From Actinomycetota bacterium (GTDB taxonomy: Bacteria > Actinomycetota > CADDZG01 > WHSQ01), in assembly GCA_009379915.1 (NCBI GenBank), contig WHSV01000006.1:279-64278 (forward strand): a stretch of DNA of 64,000 nt. Direction: 5' to 3'. Shown here one piece after another: positions 9,436 to 17,798 of the stretch. The translations under genes were made by a program, and so were the position numbers. A model generated the notes under the pieces. It was given only the letters and a program-made list of their open reading frames with translations. It searched no databases and was not told the origin of the DNA. The first letter of the stretch is position 1, and every line of letters starts with the position of its first letter.

Positions 9436-10614
9436 TCAGTTGCCTATCCACTGTCCCCATGAAAGGACGGTAGCAAGCCCCTCGACCGCCCAGGAGGGCT
9501 GCGGTTCCTCGATGCGCGAGCGCGTCATCGCGGGCACCCGATCGATGACGCGCTCGCCCGAGGTCACGATGACCGATCCAACGACATCGCGGGGCGCCAA
9601 CGGAAGGTCGTAGGAGCGCGCCGGTTCGAAAGACACTTCGATGGTGTCGGGCAGGGCCAGACCTCGCACGGTCCGAGTTGCGTGGGCCCGGACCGAGCCT
9701 GCGGGATCGAGAACAACCGTGCCCACCTCGGCTCCGCGCTCCAGCAGCACGGAGCGCCGGAGCTTGGCGAAACCGTAGTCGAGGAGGGCGCGGGAATCGG
9801 CGAAGGAGTCGGCCGAGCGGAGGACGACTCCGATGAGCCGGCGCTTGCGACGTACGGCCGCCGACACGAGAGCGTTGCCCGCTCCGAGAGTGTAGCCCGT
9901 CTTGATGCCGACGGCGCCCCTATAACTCTCGAGTAGAAGATTACGGTTCTGGATGGTGACCGTTCCCTCCGGCCCCTCGACGGCCGCCTTCCGCAGGCCC
10001 ACGATCTCCCGCAGGACGGGCTCTTCGAGCAGCTCGCCCGCGATGATCGCCAGGTCGGCAGCCGAGGAGTAGTGACCCGCGGTGTCGAGCCCATGCGGTG
10101 TCACGAAGGCTGTGTGGTCGAGCTCGAGGCGGCGCGCCTGGGCATTCATGCTTGCGACGAAGGCCTCCTGGGAACCCGACACGTGCTCGGCCAGGGCGAT
10201 GGCGGCGTCGTTGGAGGACGACAGGAGCAGCGCCGCCAGAAGGGCTTCGACCGACCAGACCTGGCCGGCCTTCAGATCGAGCCCTCCCCCGCCGGCGATC
10301 GCCGCGGTGTCCGATACCCGGACCTCGTCGCCCAGCACCCCCGCCCGAACCGTCAGCACGGCGGTCATCATCTTGGTGGTGCTGGCGTTGGGCAGCTCGG
10401 CTGCGGCGTTGCGCTGGAACAGGGTGTCGCCGGTATCCGAGATCACGAGACAAGCCTCGCAGCCGACCGTGGGTGGCCGTAGCGTTGGCCGCTTGTCTGC
10501 CTCCCGCGCCTGCGCGACCACCAGGGCCGAGGTGGTGGCGCTCGAAGGTCCCGCCGCCGTCTCGAGGGCAAGCGCCAGGACCAGGATTGCAATGGGTAAG
10601 CGACTTATCGACAA
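9436..10614 (-). CDS. D-alanyl-D-alanine carboxypeptidase (S11 penicillin-binding protein)
   Basis: ORF 9436..10614 with a signal peptide and the motifs SxxK (ASTTKMM), SxN (SSNDAA) and KTG (IKTGYT). Confidence 0.88.
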   Translation of the reverse strand: MSISRLPIAILVLALALETAAGPSSATTSALVVAQAREADKRPTLRPPTVGCEACLVISDTGDTLFQRNAAAELPNASTTKMMTAVLTVRAGVLGDEVRVSDTAAIAGGGGLDLKAGQVWSVEALLAALLLSSSNDAAIALAEHVSGSQEAFVASMNAQARRLELDHTAFVTPHGLDTAGHYSSAADLAIIAGELLEEPVLREIVGLRKAAVEGPEGTVTIQNRNLLLESYRGAVGIKTGYTLGAGNALVSAAVRRKRRLIGVVLRSADSFADSRALLDYGFAKLRRSVLLERGAEVGTVVLDPAGSVRAHATRTVRGLALPDTIEVSFEPARSYDLPLAPRDVVGSVIVTSGERVIDRVPAMTRSRIEEPQPSWAVEGLATVLSWGQWIGN

Positions 10615-10645
10615 ATAGATATACCTACTTGGACAGAAGTTGATC
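10603..10645. repeat. two adjacent ATTTGTCGAC-family boxes
   Basis: The sequence acttatcgacaaatagatatacctacttggacagaagttgatc fills the MerR-stop to dac-start spacer and overlaps the dac TTG start. Confidence 0.55.
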
Positions 10646-11361
10646 TAGAAGAGCTGCTTCATGCTCGTTCGAAGCATGGCATCTCTGATCTGCTGTGAGA
10701 GCCCGATGAGATCCTGGGATGACTGGGCCGCCTTCATCTGGCTCGAGGGGTCCTTCCGGCGGGCCATCGGCGCCACGATCTGCTCGAAGAACGAGGCCTC
10801 GCGATCCGCCCACTGGCGATACATGCGCAGGTGGCGGGGCTCGAGCCCATAGTCGAGCAGCCGGCGGGCGGCCTTCGCCACCGCCAGGTCGTTGCCATCG
10901 TAGAAATCGCCGGCCGCGATCAGCCCGAAGTCCTCGAGCCCCTGCAACTCGTCGTCGGACAGGCCGGAGGCCTCGGACAGGCCGGTGCGGTCGAGTTGGA
11001 CGTCGGTGCTGATCCGGGGGGCCTTGGCAGAGCCGTTGGCCTTCGCCGGCACCGAGGTCGCCGACCCGCCCCCCGCCGGCTCGATCGCCGGGATGGACCC
11101 GCTCGCGTCGGCGTCGGCGAGACGCTCGCGGATGACCCTCAACGGCAAGAACTGCTCCTTTTGCAGCGACAGGATGTATCGGAGCCGGGCGACGTCGGGG
11201 TCGTAGAACTTGCGGTAGCCGGACCCCGTCCGCTCGGGGTTGATCAAGCCCTCGGATTCGAGGAACCTGATCTTCGAGATGCTCACGTCGGGAAAATCGA
11301 CCTTGATGGCCTCCAGTACCTCTCCGATGCTCAGGAAATCGCGCGACCTCGACAGCGGCAT
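10645..11361 (-). CDS. MerR family transcriptional regulator (Rv1828/FtsR-like position)
   Basis: ORF 10645..11361. LSIGEVLEAIKVDFPDVSISKIRFLESEGLINPERTGSGYRKF is a MerR HTH. Confidence 0.85.
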   Translation of the reverse strand: MPLSRSRDFLSIGEVLEAIKVDFPDVSISKIRFLESEGLINPERTGSGYRKFYDPDVARLRYILSLQKEQFLPLRVIRERLADADASGSIPAIEPAGGGSATSVPAKANGSAKAPRISTDVQLDRTGLSEASGLSDDELQGLEDFGLIAAGDFYDGNDLAVAKAARRLLDYGLEPRHLRMYRQWADREASFFEQIVAPMARRKDPSSQMKAAQSSQDLIGLSQQIRDAMLRTSMKQLF

Positions 11362-11829
11362 CTACCCTCCCGAGAGGAAAACGAGCTTGAACTTGCCGAT
11401 CTGAACCTCGTCCCCCGAACGCAGATCGGTGGACTCGACCCGTTCGCGGTTGCTATAGGTCCCGTTGAGGCTTCCGACATCGTGCAGTGAGAACGACTCG
11501 CCCATCCTGCGGATCTCGGCGTGACGCCGGGACACCGTGATGTCGTCGAGGAAGATCTCGCTCTCGGGGTGGCGGCCGATCGACGTCGTGTCGGAGTCGA
11601 TGAAGAACTTGCTCCCGGCGTTGGGGCCGCGCTTGACGATCAGGACTCCCCGTCCACCCTCGAGCTCGTCCGGCGAAATGTGAACCTCTTCCTCCAGATC
11701 CGCCTCTAGCTCACCGGGCATGAACGTGATCGTCGTATCCGAGTTCTTGGCGTCGGCCAACGGCGCGCCACAGGACGAGCAGAAGTTGGCGCCCTCGGGG
11801 TTCTTGTGACCACAGTTCGTGCAGTACAT
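11362..11829 (-). CDS. FHA domain protein with N-terminal zinc ribbon
   Basis: ORF 11362..11829. It starts MYCTNCGHKNPEGANFCSSCG, followed by an FHA core IGRHPESEIFLDDITVSRRHAEI...DVGSLNGTY. Its stop abuts the MerR start. Confidence 0.88.
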   Translation of the reverse strand: MYCTNCGHKNPEGANFCSSCGAPLADAKNSDTTITFMPGELEADLEEEVHISPDELEGGRGVLIVKRGPNAGSKFFIDSDTTSIGRHPESEIFLDDITVSRRHAEIRRMGESFSLHDVGSLNGTYSNRERVESTDLRSGDEVQIGKFKLVFLSGG

Positions 11830-11838
11830 GGGCGTGAA

Positions 11839-11866
11839 GCTATACCGCTACTTTAGGGTTAGTCAA
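11839..11866 (-). promoter_or_regulatory. candidate promoter TTGACT-16-TATAGC (near-leaderless FHA gene)
   Basis: Minus strand: TTGACT (11866-11861), 16 nt, then TATAGC (11844-11839). The ATG at 11829 lies 9 nt downstream. Confidence 0.35.
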
Positions 11867-11873
11867 GCGTGAG

Positions 11874-11890
11874 CCCCCGCCCGGCGGGGG
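11874..11890 (-). terminator. hairpin after gcvH
   Basis: CCCCCGC-ccg-GCGGGGG lies 7 nt after the gcvH stop. There is no U-tract. Confidence 0.3.
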
Positions 11891-11896
11891 TGGGCG

Positions 11897-12274
11897 CTAC
11901 TCCGTCAGCTGGCCGTAGGCCTCGGCGTCCATCAACTCGCCCAGGCCCCCCTCGGCCGGTTCGATGACGACGAGCCACCCCTTGCCGTAGGGATCCGAGT
12001 TGATCAACTCCGGGTTCTGCTCGACCGCGAGGTTCTTCTCCGCCACCCTGCCGGTCACCGGGCTGTAGACGTCCGACACCGATTTCGTCGACTCGACCTC
12101 TCCGAGCGGTTCGCCCGCGGTGACCTCGGAACCGGGTTCCGGCAGGCCGACGAACACCACGTCACCCAACTGGTCCTGCGCGTAGTAGGTGATCCCGACC
12201 ACGATGCGACCCCCATCGTCCTTCGCCCACTCGTGCTCGGCCGTGTACTGCCTGTCATCCGGCAGTTGCGCCAC
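11897..12274 (-). CDS. gcvH: glycine cleavage system H protein
   Basis: ORF 11897..12274. YTAEHEWA and the lipoyl-lysine context GEVESTKSVSDVYSP are present. AAGGAG lies upstream of the GTG start. Confidence 0.93.
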   Translation of the reverse strand: MAQLPDDRQYTAEHEWAKDDGGRIVVGITYYAQDQLGDVVFVGLPEPGSEVTAGEPLGEVESTKSVSDVYSPVTGRVAEKNLAVEQNPELINSDPYGKGWLVVIEPAEGGLGELMDAEAYGQLTE

Positions 12275-12325
12275 CCGGCTCTCCTTTCGCCTCGCTCAAC
12301 GATCTCCTTCGAACCCTCTCCATCA

Positions 12326-12343
12326 ACATGTCGACAAATCGTC
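12326..12343. repeat. ATTTGTCGAC-family box
   Basis: The sequence acatgtcgacaaatcgtc lies about 55 nt upstream of the gcvH start and overlaps the stop of the upstream gene. Confidence 0.6.
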
Positions 12344-14861
12344 AAGCCGACTCGTCGACAGCATTCGCCACGACTCGATCGACGAGGTCAGCGTAGTCCT
12401 CGGCGAGCGCCGCTGCCTCGTGCTGTGACGATGCCTCGGCCCAGATCGTGCACCGGGGCTCGTCCGGGGATGGAATTACGAGGACCCAGCGATCATCCTC
12501 GACGATCTTGACGCCGTCGAGCAGCACCTGCCGGCCGTGCTTGGCCCGCATTGCGACCTCGCGCATGACCGTTCCCTTTTGTTGCCAGGGTGTTCTCACC
12601 GTGCGCCTGACCAGATGGCTGTCGGGCAGGGCCCCGAGCAGGTCGGACAGCGGTTTGCCCGCGGTGACCCTCAGCTCGAGGGCCTTGCAGAAGGTCATCA
12701 TCGCATCGGAGGCCGGCATGAAATGAGGCCAAATCAGCGTCCCCTCGGTGTCCCCCGCGAAATCGACCTCCACGCGCTGCGCCTGAGCCATGAGAGCGGG
12801 GAGACCGGTGGGCGTCCACTGCAGGGGCACGCCGGCGTCTGCGGCCAGCCGCTCCGCCAGAAAAGGCGCCGACACCGGAACTGCGACCGTGCGCGCCCCT
12901 CTCTGCACCTCGTGCTGGAGAAAGGCCAGGAGGGCTTGCCCCTGCGTCACGGGGTTGCCCCGGTCGTCGATGAGGTGCGCTATCTCCCCTCCCGGCTCGA
13001 GGACCACGCCGAGGTCCGAGCCGGACTTTTTCACGTGCTCGCTGACGGTCTCGATCAACCGGTCGATCTCGGCGCTGCCGAGCACCGGCCTGTGCTCGTC
13101 GGTGAACGCGTTGACCGACAGGGCCTGGACCCCCAGACGCCCCAGGACCGATGTCCCCACCCGGGACGCCGCCCCGTAGGCGTAGTCGATCACGACCTTC
13201 AGGTGTGCAGACCTGATGACGTCGAGTTCGACCGACCTGAGGAGCCCCGTCGAGTAACCACCTAGGGCGTGGGCGGGAAACTCCAGCTCTCCGAGCCGCT
13301 GGGCGCCGGGCCTCCGAAAGTCCTCTCGGAAGAAGAGCCTGTCGATCTTTCGCTGTGTGCTCTCGTCGATATCGGCGCCCTCGGAGTCGAACAGCCGTAT
13401 CTGAACGACCTCGGAATCCTCGTTGGATGTTCTGACGCTGATGCCCCCGGCGGCCTGCTCGGTGCCCACGGTGAAGCGGGTGACCGGCAACGCCATCAAC
13501 TCGAGGTCGTGACAGGTGACCCCCGTCGAGGTCAGCCCCGCGATGAGGGCGCGCTTTATCGTGCGCGCGGCCCGGCTGGCGTCCCGGCCCAGCACCACGG
13601 TGCTGTTGCGCGGGAGCATCGTTCCGTAGGCCATGCCAAGGCGCACCGCGACCTGCGGCGTCATCCCGATGTTGACCAGGCCCGATACGCCTCTGGCCCC
13701 GAAGAGGCTGCGACTCGCCCTTCGCTCGCGCACGATGCTCTCGGTAACGATCGCCCCGGCCTCGACCGTGCGCAAAGGGTAAACCTTCACTCCAGGCTTG
13801 ATCAGCGCGCCCGAGCCCACCACGACCTCGTCGCCGAGGACCGCCCCTTCCTCGACCGTCGATCCCCGCCCGAGCGATGAGCCCCGGCCCAAAACGGACC
13901 CGCGCACCTGCGATCCCGGGCCCACGTGCCCCGCTTCCATCACGACTCCGCCCACGACCGACGCCTCGGCCCCCACGATCGCGTGATCGCCGATGACCGC
14001 TCCGCCCTCGATGCGCGCGTTCGGACCCACGCGGCAGTTGTCGCCTATCACCGCAGGTCCGGTGATGACGGCCGAGTCATCGATGTCGACGTCCTCGCCG
14101 ACCCAGACGCCCGGCTCCAGCTCGAACCCCGGCATGTCGACCTCGACCCTGCCCTCGACCGCGTCGAGCTGCGCCTGCAGGTAGGCCTCCGCGTTTCCGA
14201 CGTCGGTCCAGTAGTCGTCGGTGATGAACCCGAATATGGGAAGGCCGTCCGCGAGCATCCGGGGAAAGAGCTCGGAGGAGAAGTCATAGGGGCGGTCGTC
14301 CGGGATGAGGTCGAGCACTTCGGGCTCGAGGACGTAGATGCCGGTGTTGACGGCATCCGAGAAGACCTGTCCCCACGACGGTTTCTCGAGGAAGCGCTCG
14401 ATCCTGCCGTCGGGTGCGGTCATGACGATGCCGAACTCCAGTGGGTCCGGCATCCGCTTCAAGACCAGAGTGGCCGCCGCCTCGCGCTCTTGATGCCACG
14501 CGAGAGCACGACCGAGGTCCAGATCGGTCAACGCGTCCCCGGAGATGACGAGGAAGCGTCCCGTGAGTAGGTCCCGCGCCCCCAGAACCGAACCGGCGGT
14601 TCCAAGTGGCACGTCTTCCGTGGCATAGGCCAGGGAGACGCCCATGTCGGAGCCGTCGTCGAAATAGTTGCGAATTACCGAGGAGAGGAACTGAACCGTG
14701 GCGACGACGTCGGTGATTCCGTTGCGTCGCAGGAGATCCACGATGTGCTCCATCAAGGGCCGGTTCGCCACGGGGAGCATCGGCTTCGGCAGGTTGCTCG
14801 TCAGCGGTCGAAGCCGCGTGCCCTCGCCCCCCGCCATTACCACCGCCTGGAGGTCGCTCAC
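12342..14861 (-). CDS. bifunctional sugar-1-phosphate nucleotidyltransferase / phosphomannomutase
   Basis: ORF 12342..15182 trimmed to the GTG at 14861 (GTGA overlap with the upstream stop). It has an N-terminal MAGGEGTRLRPLT, a left-handed beta-helix repeat region, and a C-terminal phosphohexomutase-like part. Confidence 0.85.
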   Translation of the reverse strand: MSDLQAVVMAGGEGTRLRPLTSNLPKPMLPVANRPLMEHIVDLLRRNGITDVVATVQFLSSVIRNYFDDGSDMGVSLAYATEDVPLGTAGSVLGARDLLTGRFLVISGDALTDLDLGRALAWHQEREAAATLVLKRMPDPLEFGIVMTAPDGRIERFLEKPSWGQVFSDAVNTGIYVLEPEVLDLIPDDRPYDFSSELFPRMLADGLPIFGFITDDYWTDVGNAEAYLQAQLDAVEGRVEVDMPGFELEPGVWVGEDVDIDDSAVITGPAVIGDNCRVGPNARIEGGAVIGDHAIVGAEASVVGGVVMEAGHVGPGSQVRGSVLGRGSSLGRGSTVEEGAVLGDEVVVGSGALIKPGVKVYPLRTVEAGAIVTESIVRERRASRSLFGARGVSGLVNIGMTPQVAVRLGMAYGTMLPRNSTVVLGRDASRAARTIKRALIAGLTSTGVTCHDLELMALPVTRFTVGTEQAAGGISVRTSNEDSEVVQIRLFDSEGADIDESTQRKIDRLFFREDFRRPGAQRLGELEFPAHALGGYSTGLLRSVELDVIRSAHLKVVIDYAYGAASRVGTSVLGRLGVQALSVNAFTDEHRPVLGSAEIDRLIETVSEHVKKSGSDLGVVLEPGGEIAHLIDDRGNPVTQGQALLAFLQHEVQRGARTVAVPVSAPFLAERLAADAGVPLQWTPTGLPALMAQAQRVEVDFAGDTEGTLIWPHFMPASDAMMTFCKALELRVTAGKPLSDLLGALPDSHLVRRTVRTPWQQKGTVMREVAMRAKHGRQVLLDGVKIVEDDRWVLVIPSPDEPRCTIWAEASSQHEAAALAEDYADLVDRVVANAVDESA

Positions 14862-15451
14862 GCTCCCGTCCCCTCCGAGGCTCGCTCCTGCGCGATCGGC
14901 TCCTTGATCCTCGAATAGGCGACGCGCGCGTACATCCCCGCGGACAGGTAGTACAGGACGGCACCGGCCCCGACAAACACCATCCCGACGATCTCGGAGA
15001 AAGACGCCCAACCAAAATCCGTCTCCGACAGGGCGAGCCACGTAAGACCGAAGAACAGAGAGGCGGTCGCCGTTTTGCCGATGAAGTTCACCTGGACCCG
15101 CCCCACTCCGCGGCGCTCGAAGAGGGGCCAGACTCCCAGGAGCACGATGTCCCGAAGAACGATCGCAGCCGCGAGCCACCACGGAAGGGCGTCGACCGCA
15201 ACGAGCGCGAGCGCAAGGGCGATGATGAAGACCCTGTCGGCGAGCGGGTCGAGAAGCTTTCCGGCCTCAGATACCTGGCCGAGGCGACGCGCCAAGTACC
15301 CGTCGAAGAAATCGGTCCACGCGCCCGCTGCGTACAGAATCACGGCCGCTTCCTCGCGACCGGTTACGAACAGGTACAGGAATACGGGAACGGTGGCGAG
15401 CCGAATCACCGAGAGAACGTTCGGAACCGTGAGAACCCGATCGGTCACCAC
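14858..15451 (-). CDS. CDP-alcohol phosphatidyltransferase
   Basis: ORF 14858..15451. The family motif DFFDGYLARRLGQVSEAGKLLDPLADR is present. The position is pgsA-like. Confidence 0.88.
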   Translation of the reverse strand: MVTDRVLTVPNVLSVIRLATVPVFLYLFVTGREEAAVILYAAGAWTDFFDGYLARRLGQVSEAGKLLDPLADRVFIIALALALVAVDALPWWLAAAIVLRDIVLLGVWPLFERRGVGRVQVNFIGKTATASLFFGLTWLALSETDFGWASFSEIVGMVFVGAGAVLYYLSAGMYARVAYSRIKEPIAQERASEGTGA

Positions 15452-15521
15452 GGCTCCCTCCGTAAAGCTCGTCTATCGATGTCCACGCCCTTGGTGCTGG
15501 GATGGCGCCCGTCGTTCGGAG

Positions 15522-15596
15522 TCGGGACGGCCGGATTTGAACCGGCGACCCCTGGTCCCCCAGACCAGTGCGCTAACCAAGCTGCGCCACGTCCCG
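15522..15596 (-). tRNA. tRNA-Pro (anticodon GGG)
   Basis: A hand-folded cloverleaf on the minus strand has acceptor CGGGACG/CGTCCCG, D arm GCGC..GCGC, anticodon stem CTGGT/ACCAG with loop CTGGGGG, and T arm GCCGG-TTCAAAT-CCGGC. The discriminator is A and no CCA is encoded. Confidence 0.9.
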
Positions 15597-15604
15597 AAGC
15601 GGCC

Positions 15605-15634
15605 ATCATAACCGGGGCCTTTCGGCGGGCCCAA
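15605..15634 (-). promoter_or_regulatory. candidate tRNA-Pro promoter TTGGGC-18-TATGAT
   Basis: Minus strand: TTGGGC (15634-15629), 18 nt, then TATGAT (15610-15605). The -10 ends 8 nt before the mature tRNA 5' end. Confidence 0.4.
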
Positions 15635-15640
15635 TCCGAC

Positions 15641-15662
15641 TACTTATCTACAAATCGATAAG
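15641..15662. repeat. ATTTGTCGAC-family box variant (CTTATC-N8-GATAAG)
   Basis: The sequence tacttatctacaaatcgataag lies immediately upstream of the predicted -35 of the tRNA-Pro promoter. Confidence 0.55.
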
Positions 15663-15808
15663 ACTCTTCATTGCCAAGTGGATAAGGGGATGTGTGACCA
15701 AGTGGACGACCGAACCGAGCCGACGAGCGCCGCCATCCTGCAGGACCCGTCCGCAGCCCGCGGAGCGGACCTCCGCCGCCCGCCGGAGAAGACTTGCCTC
15801 AGCTTGAT

Positions 15809-17149
15809 CTAACCCTTACGCTCACGTCTAGCCTTTACGCGCACCTCTATGCGCAGGGGGCTTCCGGGGAACGCCTCGGTTGCCCTCAGGCGATTCTCGA
15901 GGTAGCGCCGGTAGCCGGTGTCGAGCCTGCCGTTGCTGAACACCACCACCGTCGGAGGAGAGGACTGCGCCTGCACCGCATAGAGAATGCGGATGGCGCG
16001 ACCACCGGTCCGCGGGTGGGGCTGCTGAGCCTGGGCATCGCGCACCAGCCGGTTCACGAGCGCGGTGGGAAGGCGACGCCGGTGAGATGCGATGGCCTCG
16101 GCCAACTTTGGAACCAGCTTGTCGATTCCCCTGCCCGTCAGGGCGTTCGTTCTCACGTGCGTCGCCCAGGTCAGGAACCGGAGTTTCTGAAGCACGGCAA
16201 CATCGATCCGCTTGCGGTCGGTCTCCTCAAGGGGGATCTTGTCCCACTTGTTCAGCGCGATGACACAGGCTCGCCCGTGCTCGACGATCTCTTGCGCGAG
16301 GTGCTGATCGTGGGTCGTGACCCCCTCCCCCACGTCGATCACGAGCAGCGCCACATCCACCCGTGCGAGAGTCCGGCGCGAACGGATCAGGCTGAAGTAC
16401 TCGATCGGATCCTTTATCTGAACCTGCCGGCGCATCCCGGCCGTGTCAACGATGCGCAGCTGCCTGCCATCGGGCAACCTCATGTGCGCGTCGACCGGGT
16501 CCCTGGTCGTCCCCGGTATCGAGTCGACGATCGACCGCTCCTGGCCGGTCAGGGCATTGAGGATCGAGGACTTGCCGACGTTGGGCCGTCCAATGATAGC
16601 AACCGCCCCCCACGCATCGTCTGCGTCTCGATCGACTTCGGGCAGGGCGGCGACGAGCGCCTCGAGGAAGTCTCCGGAGCCTCGACCGTGCAACGCCGAC
16701 AGAGGCCGTGGCTCGCCGAGCCCAAGTCTAAAGAAGGCCGCGGCCAGGGGCTCGTCGGCGGGGTCGTCCACCTTGTTGGCTGCCACGACGACCGGCTTCC
16801 TCGACTTGCGCAACAGGTCCGCGACGATGAGATCGTCTTGGTTCGGCCCGACCGACGCGTCCACCACGAGAACGATCGCGTCGGCCGCTTCGATCGCGAC
16901 CTGTGCTTGCTCCGCAACTCGAGCGTTCAACCCGTCTGCACCCGGCTCCAGCCCACCCGTATCGACCACCTCGAAGGAGCGACCGTTCCACTCGGTGGCA
17001 AAGTGTTTCCGATCCCGAGTCACGCCCGGCATGGTCTCGACGATCGCCTCACGGCGTCCGAGAATGCGGTTCACGAGCGACGACTTGCCGACGTTGGGCC
17101 GGCCGACGATCGCAACGACCGGCATCCCGGAACGTGTCTCAGTGTTCAT
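15809..17149 (-). CDS. der: ribosome-biogenesis GTPase Der (EngA)
   Basis: ORF 15809..17149 with two GTPase domains (GRPNVGKSSLVNR and GRPNVGKSSILNA) and a KH-like C-terminus. Confidence 0.93.
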   Translation of the reverse strand: MNTETRSGMPVVAIVGRPNVGKSSLVNRILGRREAIVETMPGVTRDRKHFATEWNGRSFEVVDTGGLEPGADGLNARVAEQAQVAIEAADAIVLVVDASVGPNQDDLIVADLLRKSRKPVVVAANKVDDPADEPLAAAFFRLGLGEPRPLSALHGRGSGDFLEALVAALPEVDRDADDAWGAVAIIGRPNVGKSSILNALTGQERSIVDSIPGTTRDPVDAHMRLPDGRQLRIVDTAGMRRQVQIKDPIEYFSLIRSRRTLARVDVALLVIDVGEGVTTHDQHLAQEIVEHGRACVIALNKWDKIPLEETDRKRIDVAVLQKLRFLTWATHVRTNALTGRGIDKLVPKLAEAIASHRRRLPTALVNRLVRDAQAQQPHPRTGGRAIRILYAVQAQSSPPTVVVFSNGRLDTGYRRYLENRLRATEAFPGSPLRIEVRVKARRERKG

Positions 17150-17798
17150 CGATCACGCGGAGGGCCGCGCTCGCTATCTCGTCGACGATCGTTTCGACGT
17201 CCTTACCCGTGGAATCGACTACCACGGCGTCGTTCGCCTTGACGAAGGGCGAAGCCTTGCGTTCGGCGTCCGCCCGGTCCCGTTTCTCGATGCTTCGCGA
17301 GAGCTCCTTCAGGGATTGCTCGTCGGTTGCCAAACCCATTTGGCGGGCGCGTCGCCGGGCCCGCTCCTCCTTGGAAGCCGTGAGGAAGATCTTGACGTCC
17401 GCTGTTGGAACGACGGCGGAGCCGATGTCTCTCCCCTCCATGACCAGGTTTCCCGCATCCGCCCGAGCGCGCTGCATCGCCGCCATGGCGCGGCGAACCC
17501 CATCTACCGCGGCGACCTTCGACACGGCCGCGGTAACACCCGGCCCCCGTATGAGCTCCGAGACGTCCCGTCCATCCAGTTTGACGACGTCCCCCCGGAG
17601 ATCGATATCGACGGACTCGGTGAGTGCCGTGAGAGCAGCGGCGTTGGCGAGGTCTGTTCCGCTCTCGAGCGCCGCGAGGGCCAGGGCCCGGTACATGGCT
17701 CCGGTATCGAGGTACTCGAATCCGAGGCGGTCTGCGACCGCGCGCGCAATCGTGCTCTTGCCCGCCCCCGCGGGGCCGTCGATCGCGATGACGCTCAC
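17139..17798 (-). CDS. cmk: cytidylate kinase
   Basis: ORF 17139..17867 trimmed to the GTG at 17798 (GTGA overlap with the aroA stop). VIAIDGPAGAGKSTIARAVA is the P-loop. The product is 219 aa. Confidence 0.9.
   Translation of the reverse strand: MSVIAIDGPAGAGKSTIARAVADRLGFEYLDTGAMYRALALAALESGTDLANAAALTALTESVDIDLRGDVVKLDGRDVSELIRGPGVTAAVSKVAAVDGVRRAMAAMQRARADAGNLVMEGRDIGSAVVPTADVKIFLTASKEERARRRARQMGLATDEQSLKELSRSIEKRDRADAERKASPFVKANDAVVVDSTGKDVETIVDEIASAALRVIDEH

Noticed and set aside
12275-12341. Glycine riboswitch upstream of gcvH, and likewise upstream of gcvPA (6049-6109) and gcvT.
   Set aside because: The leaders are only about 60 nt, or 5 nt for gcvT. That is too short for a glycine aptamer, and the conserved GGAGAG...CACCG...CTCTGGAGAG-type core is not present.
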